Origin: Bacteroidales bacterium
GTDB lineage: Bacteria > Bacteroidota > Bacteroidia > Bacteroidales > JAIOZK01
Length of the DNA: 64,000 nucleotides
Direction of reading: 5' to 3'
Assembly: GCA_021738625.1 (NCBI GenBank)
Contig: JAIPBS010000007.1
Coordinates: 22,100-86,099, forward strand
Position numbers and translations under genes: made by a program. The notes under the pieces are model-generated. The model was not told the origin of the DNA. It worked only from the letters and a program-made list of their open reading frames with translations, and did no database searches. Shown here in pieces: positions 60,116-64,000 of this stretch. Every line of letters begins with the position of its first letter. Position 1 is the first letter of the stretch.

Positions 60116-60161
60116 CGCACGACATAAATAAATAGACAAACCCACAGCAAGACGAGACAGC
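60106..60161. repeat. Weak C/A-rich right arm of cassette 5
   Basis: AATTGACGCACGA is partly complementary to TGCTTGCGTAATT of the left arm. Ends at the cysC ATG. Confidence 0.35.
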
Positions 60162-60773
60162 ATGAAACCAACCAACATCCACCCGGTCTTTCACCAGATA
60201 CTCACGCGGGCCGACAAGGAGAAATTCCTCAACCAGCGGGCCTGTGTGATCTGGATGACGGGACTGTCGGGCAGCGGCAAGACCACCATTGCCCGCAACA
60301 TCGAACTGGAGCTCAACCGGCGCGGCCACCTCACCCAGGTACTCGACGGCGACAACATCCGTACCGGCATCAACAACAACCTGGGCTTTACGGAGGAGGA
60401 CAGGATTGAGAACATCCGCCGAATAGCCGAGGTGAGCAAACTGTTCGTGCACTGCGGCATCATCTGCATCAACAGCTTTATCAGTCCCACCAGGGAGATC
60501 CGTAATATGGCCCGGAACATCATCGGTGAAGAGGATTTCATTGAGGTCCATATCAATGCCCCGTTGGAAGTCTGCGAGCAACGCGACGTAAAAGGCCTCT
60601 ACAAAAAAGCCCGTGAAGGTAAGATCAAAAACTTTACCGGCATAGACGCTCCCTTCGAAACACCGGAAAAGCCGGCCATAGAACTCAAGACCGGAGAGCT
60701 CAGCATACCCCAATGCGTTGAACAGGCCATGGAAGTGCTGGGGCCGAGGGTGAGTTATGTTGGGGATGAGTAG
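60162..60773 (+). CDS. cysC: Adenylyl-sulfate kinase
   Basis: Canonical GLSGSGKTT, LDGDNIRTGIN, DRIENIRR, FISP, RDVKGLYKKAREG..NFTGID. Confidence 0.9.
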   Translation: MKPTNIHPVFHQILTRADKEKFLNQRACVIWMTGLSGSGKTTIARNIELELNRRGHLTQVLDGDNIRTGINNNLGFTEEDRIENIRRIAEVSKLFVHCGIICINSFISPTREIRNMARNIIGEEDFIEVHINAPLEVCEQRDVKGLYKKAREGKIKNFTGIDAPFETPEKPAIELKTGELSIPQCVEQAMEVLGPRVSYVGDE

Positions 60774-60814
60774 GAAGTATGGAGTAAGGAGTATGGAGTA
60801 AGGAGAGGGTAGAG
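60771..60814. repeat. Orphan G/A/T-rich heptamer arm (GTATGGA/GTAAGGA) after cysC
   Basis: Starts at the cysC stop codon. I saw no complementary CTCCTTAC tract in the window. Confidence 0.7.
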
Positions 60815-60884
60815 ATTTATTCTATGGGGAATTAACGAGGCTGTTAATCAGTATTCAGTCAATCATAATTTATCCTTTTTACAC

Positions 60885-60914
60885 TTGACAAACTTCAAAA
60901 AATGAGTAAATTTG
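60885..60914 (+). promoter_or_regulatory. Putative promoter
   Basis: TTGACA (60885-60890), 16-nt spacer, TAAATTTG (60907-60914), then TAACTCG. Near-duplicate of 48683-48720. Confidence 0.4.
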
Positions 60915-60994
60915 TAACTCGAACTTTATCCGGCCTGCTGATACATTATCATACAGCAAGCTCTCTTAGCTTCTGAGAAACATGGGAGTGAAGG

Positions 60995-61138
60995 GGCGGA
61001 GCTGTGAAAAACCGGATGCTGGAAGTTGGAAGTTGGAAGCCGGAAAATTGATCCCGAAAATAATAATTGGTGTGAATTGGCTTATTTAGCGAAAATTCGC
61101 GGACAGAAATACCAAACCCAAAACAACAAACCCAAAAT
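60995..61138 (+). repeat. Leader-type repeat element, copy A (ops-like 12-mer, GGAAGTT heptamers, conserved ATTGGCTTATTTAGCGAAAATTCGCGGAC, C/A-rich tail)
   Basis: Aligns along its length with 62232-62368. The only length difference is in the heptamer block. Confidence 0.8.
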
Positions 61139-61166
61139 TCACTACCTTTGATACAAACGAAGTAAA

Positions 61167-61409
61167 ATGGATACCATCATCATAAATCCAAGAGACAAGG
61201 AAGAGCGTAATTTCTTCCTCGAATTGGCCAGAAGACTGGGTGTGAAAGCTAAAACGTTTGAGGATCTGCAGGATGAACAACTCCTCGAGGCGATGGAAAA
61301 AAACAAAAACACCCCGCTTACAGATAAACAAAATGTTCTGGATACATTGCAAAACAATTTAAACGAGGATAAACCAAACTATAAACAAAAAACACCTGCC
61401 TACCGGTAG
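61167..61409 (+). CDS. Small antitoxin-like protein (solo)
   Basis: 80 aa. The N-terminal about 35 aa (TIIINPRDKEERNFFLELARRLGV) resembles the N-terminus of ORF 61479-61718. A TACCTTTG -7-like box lies at 61143-61150. Confidence 0.35.
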   Translation: MDTIIINPRDKEERNFFLELARRLGVKAKTFEDLQDEQLLEAMEKNKNTPLTDKQNVLDTLQNNLNEDKPNYKQKTPAYR

Positions 61410-61414
61410 GCAGG
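61395..61414. other. Perfect 20-bp palindrome spanning the stop codon
   Basis: CCTGCCTACC|GGTAGGCAGG. No T-tract follows. Confidence 0.8.
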
Positions 61415-61478
61415 CAAAACAACACTTGCACAATAAACCCAGATATCGTAACTTTATAGTTAACACTACATCGAAAAA

Positions 61479-61718
61479 ATGAATACAATAAAAATATCGG
61501 TCAAGTCAGGGAAGGATGCTAATTTGTTGATCAGGCTCTTGAAATCTTTAAACTTTGTTTCAAGTGTTGAACAAATTGATGAAAAGAACTCAAGGCAATC
61601 CCTTAATCATTATGATCAGCTTCAAAAAACCTTAGATAAACTAAACCAGGAAGAACTATTCAGTGGTATTGATAATCCTGACCATTGGCAAAAAGAACAA
61701 AGAAATGAATGGAATTGA
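61479..61718 (+). CDS. Putative antitoxin of the downstream PIN toxin
   Basis: 79 aa, overlapping the PIN gene by 14 nt. Confidence 0.5.
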   Translation: MNTIKISVKSGKDANLLIRLLKSLNFVSSVEQIDEKNSRQSLNHYDQLQKTLDKLNQEELFSGIDNPDHWQKEQRNEWN

Positions 61719-62088
61719 TAAGTTACTGGACTCAAATATCCTGATTTATTTATCAAAGAAGCTACTCAAACTTTCTTCATTCTCAAAACCTGGTGATAGG
61801 ATATTGATTTCTGTAATTACCTATATGGAAGTACTGGGATACCCATTCAAGACTAAGAAAGAAGAAAAATTAGTAAAATCAATTTGTGATAGCCTGGAGG
61901 TTATTTACCTTGACCAAAACATTGTACATGAAGTTATCCGGATCCGAAAATCTGCAAAGATAAAACTACCGGATGCCATCATTGCTGCCTCAGCAATTGT
62001 TAATCATAGTGAACTGATTACGAGAAACACAAAAGACTTTGAAATCCCGGGCAGTCAACTTAAACTATTTAATCCTTTTGATAATTAA
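61705..62088 (+). CDS. PIN-domain (VapC-like) toxin
   Basis: LLDSNILIY (Asp), YMEVLG (Glu), LPDAIIAASA (Asp), ITRNTKDF. The ATG at 61705 is preferred to the upstream start. Confidence 0.75.
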   Translation: MNGIDKLLDSNILIYLSKKLLKLSSFSKPGDRILISVITYMEVLGYPFKTKKEEKLVKSICDSLEVIYLDQNIVHEVIRIRKSAKIKLPDAIIAASAIVNHSELITRNTKDFEIPGSQLKLFNPFDN

Positions 62089-62157
62089 AAAATAGCTGTT
62101 TAGTACTTCGGCAAAGTTTATCATGAGCCTGTGAATGACTCAGTATAAAATTGTTTA

Positions 62158-62221
62158 GTGTTTGGTGTTTGGTGTTCAGTGTTCAACAAACACAAAACAA
62201 CGAACACCAAACACCAAACAC
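62158..62221. repeat. Cargo-less perfect 20-bp heptamer stem
   Basis: GTGTTTGGTGTTTGGTGTTC (62158-62177) and GAACACCAAACACCAAACAC (62202-62221) are exact reverse complements. The loop is 24 nt. Confidence 0.95.
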
Positions 62222-62231
62222 AGAACAAGAA

Positions 62232-62368
62232 GGCGGAGCTGTGGGAAACCGGATGCTGGAAGTTAGAAGCTGGAAGTTAGAAGCCGGAAATTTGATCCTG
62301 AAAATAATAAATTGTGTTAATTGGCTTATTTAGCGAAAATTCGCGGACTGAAACACCAAACACAAAAT
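62232..62368 (+). repeat. Leader-type repeat element, copy B
   Basis: GGCGGAGCTGTG (62232-62243), CTGGAAG/TTAGAAG heptamers, then the same ATTGGCTTATTTAGCGAAAATTCGCGGAC block and a C/A-rich tail. Confidence 0.8.
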
Positions 62369-62402
62369 TTTACTAAATTTGTTAGAAACCAATCAATAAT
62401 AA

Positions 62403-62702
62403 ATGCTGTCTTCTGCTGAAATATTAAAGTTTTTAAAAGAAAACAAACATTACCTCAAAACCCATTTTAACTGCACAGAAATAGGTTTGTTTGGTTCATT
62501 TGCCAGGAATGAGCAATCGGAGAAAAGCGACATAGACATCCTGGTAAGTTTTGATCCAGACACCCCTGACCTGTATCATAAAGAACAGCAATTGAAGAAA
62601 TACCTGGAAGCAAATTTCAAACGGCCGGTGGATATCTGCGCCAAAAAATGGATAAGGCCGGTATTTAAACCAATGGTACTCAAGGAAGCAATGTATGCAT
62701 AG
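62403..62702 (+). CDS. MntA-type nucleotidyltransferase (type VII antitoxin)
   Basis: GLFGSFARNEQSEKSDIDILV. Overlaps the HEPN gene by 8 nt. A TAAATTTG box lies at 62374-62381. Confidence 0.8.
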   Translation: MLSSAEILKFLKENKHYLKTHFNCTEIGLFGSFARNEQSEKSDIDILVSFDPDTPDLYHKEQQLKKYLEANFKRPVDICAKKWIRPVFKPMVLKEAMYA

Positions 62703-63030
62703 CAAAGACTATTACATACTTCTCTCAATTATTGAAACAATTGAAAAAATCCTGAAATACACTGCTGATTATGCAACAGCAGAGGAGTTGTATGAAAACG
62801 ATCGGGATTTTGATGCAGCCATGATGAATTTCATTGTCATTGGTGAAAATGTTGGTAAGCTCTCTGATGCACTGAAAGAAGTTAACCAGCAAATTGACTG
62901 GCAAAAGATTTACGGTTTAAGAAACATCATTGCACATCATTACTTTGGAATCAATGTAGATATTGTCTGGGAGATCATACAAACAGACCTGCCAGCACTT
63001 AAAACAAACCTACAAAAGATCATCGAATGA
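62695..63030 (+). CDS. HepT-type HEPN (DUF86) toxin
   Basis: R-x4-H motif RNIIAHHY. Confidence 0.8.
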   Translation: MHSKDYYILLSIIETIEKILKYTADYATAEELYENDRDFDAAMMNFIVIGENVGKLSDALKEVNQQIDWQKIYGLRNIIAHHYFGINVDIVWEIIQTDLPALKTNLQKIIE

Positions 63031-63070
63031 ATCATCAGATACATCAATAACATATTGTTTTTTAGACATT

Positions 63071-63097
63071 AACACCAAACAACAAACACAAAACAAA
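63071..63097. repeat. C/A-rich heptamer tract
   Basis: AACACCAAACAACAAACACAAAACAAA, the same word family as 62349-62368 and 63361-63412. Confidence 0.7.
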
Positions 63098-63123
63098 TTC
63101 GTACCTTTAAAGAAAACAATAAA

Positions 63124-63315
63124 ATGCTCGACATAAAGAAAACATACGTTACAGATGAAAACAAGCGGCCAATAGCTGTTCAAATCGACATCAAAACATT
63201 TAAGAAAATCGAACAGGCTTTGGAAGATTATGCACTGGCTAAACTGATCGAAGAAAATGACCCCGCTGAATCATTATCGCTGAACGAATCAAAAGAGTAT
63301 TACGACAAAAATTGA
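63124..63315 (+). CDS. Orphan antitoxin-like small protein
   Basis: 63 aa. ...RPIAVQIDIKTFKKIEQALEDYALAKLIEE resembles the antitoxin N-terminal fold. No toxin follows. Confidence 0.4.
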   Translation: MLDIKKTYVTDENKRPIAVQIDIKTFKKIEQALEDYALAKLIEENDPAESLSLNESKEYYDKN

Positions 63316-63317
63316 TA

Positions 63318-63412
63318 TGTGTTTGGTGTTCGGTGTTTCGTGTTCGGTGTTCGCAGCATAACACAAAACAACAAACACAAAACACAAAACAACAAACACA
63401 AAACACAAAACA
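63318..63412. repeat. Cargo-less imperfect heptamer arm pair (GTGTTTG/GTGTTCG versus ACACAAA/ACAACAA)
   Basis: G/T arm 63318-63353 and C/A arm 63361-63412 are separated by 7 nt. Roughly 70 percent complementary by eye. Confidence 0.75.
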
Positions 63413-63456
63413 AGGGTTTTATCACTGGGTAATCTTGAAGAATTTAAATTTAATAC

Positions 63457-63753
63457 ATGCATCACTATACTGAAATAAAAAAATTAATTAATCAAAATAG
63501 CCATTTATTTTGGTTTGTGCCTGACGATCAAAAGAAGAACCTAAGCATAGCAGTTGTTCTGGAAACAATTTTCAATTATGGAGATATCAATGCAGTAAGA
63601 AACCTTATAAAAATATTAGGTATTGAACAGGCCGAAAAGATCTTCAACGAACAGATTGCAGCAAGCAACCGCCGTAAGGGAAATTTTCATGAACTGACAC
63701 TCAATTTCTTTAAGGAGTTTTTCAATCACTATGCATCTCGAAATATTCAATAA
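63457..63753 (+). CDS. DUF6922-like small protein (partner of AbiEii)
   Basis: Same gene order, and a similar overlap, as 30517-30846 / 30801-31124. Confidence 0.45.
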   Translation: MHHYTEIKKLINQNSHLFWFVPDDQKKNLSIAVVLETIFNYGDINAVRNLIKILGIEQAEKIFNEQIAASNRRKGNFHELTLNFFKEFFNHYASRNIQ

Positions 63754-64000
63754 AGATCAACAAGTATTATTATCTTGGCTAGCTCGATTTAGCCGAAAAT
63801 ACTATCTGGTAGGTGGCACTGCCATTGCCCTCCATCTTGGGCACAGGCGTTCGTTGGATTTCGATTTATTTACAAAAGATACAATATCGAAAAGCCGACT
63901 TAAGAATCAGCTTTCACAAATTCCATATGATCATCAGCCGCTTTTTGAGGATATAGATCAGTTACACATGATGATTAATCGGGTTAAAATTACCTTTTTT
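63731..64000 (+). CDS. AbiEii/AbiGii-type nucleotidyltransferase toxin. The 3' end lies beyond the window.
   Basis: The ATG at 63731 opens a frame to the window end. YYLVGGTAIALHLGHRRSLDFDLFT. Not in the supplied ORF track because it has no stop. Confidence 0.6.
   Translation, partial: MHLEIFNKDQQVLLSWLARFSRKYYLVGGTAIALHLGHRRSLDFDLFTKDTISKSRLKNQLSQIPYDHQPLFEDIDQLHMMINRVKITFF

Noticed and set aside
49900-64000. The cassette region as a classical integron.
   Set aside because: No intI-type integrase or attI site is in the window. The separators lack RYYYAAC / GTTRRRY core sites. The separators differ completely from cassette to cassette, and host operon genes alternate with the cassettes.

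Overview
This is a 64-kb chromosomal segment that looks like Bacteroidota. The evidence is T9SS C-terminal sorting domains, PCMD and FISUMP lipoproteins, a UpxY-type NusG paralogue, TTGACA/TAnnTTTG promoter boxes and few Shine-Dalgarno sites. No rRNA, tRNA or CRISPR was seen. Bases 1-44,000 are mostly housekeeping genes: comF, a dual ABC ATPase, rnr, nadA, rpiB, a lutB-like gene, a 2025-aa alpha-2-macroglobulin, leuS, ftsX, uppP, truB, queA, ispD, ruvC, topA and ppa, plus surface and lipoproteins. Bases 44,200-60,800 are a polysaccharide export and biosynthesis locus: a Wza-like exporter, a Wzc-like kinase, an oxidoreductase, a wHTH regulator, UpxY, a sugar dehydrogenase and an epimerase. A complete sulfate-activation set sits inside it (cysD, cysN fused to a kinase-like domain, an SLC13 permease, cysC). 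Bases 61,100-64,000 are a small toxin-antitoxin island (PIN, MntA/HepT, AbiEii, orphan antitoxin-like genes). The most unusual signal is in the polysaccharide operon. Every intergenic junction from the dehydrogenase to cysC carries a small four-helix-bundle gene of the Avd / 23S-rRNA-intervening-sequence protein family; two are intact and three are decayed. At least four of the five are bracketed by a G/T-rich left arm that starts at the upstream stop codon and a complementary C/A-rich right arm that ends just before the next ATG; complementarity is weak for the fifth. The arms are tandem heptamer or octamer words. They are unrelated between cassettes but complementary within a cassette. The same kind of arm pair also occurs without cargo, including one perfect 20-bp stem, and once in frame inside the epimerase CDS. 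A 12-nt ops-like motif (GGCGGAGCTGTG) occurs three times on the coding strand; one copy lies 94 nt downstream of the UpxY gene. All protein family calls come from reading motifs in the translations by eye, without database searches.
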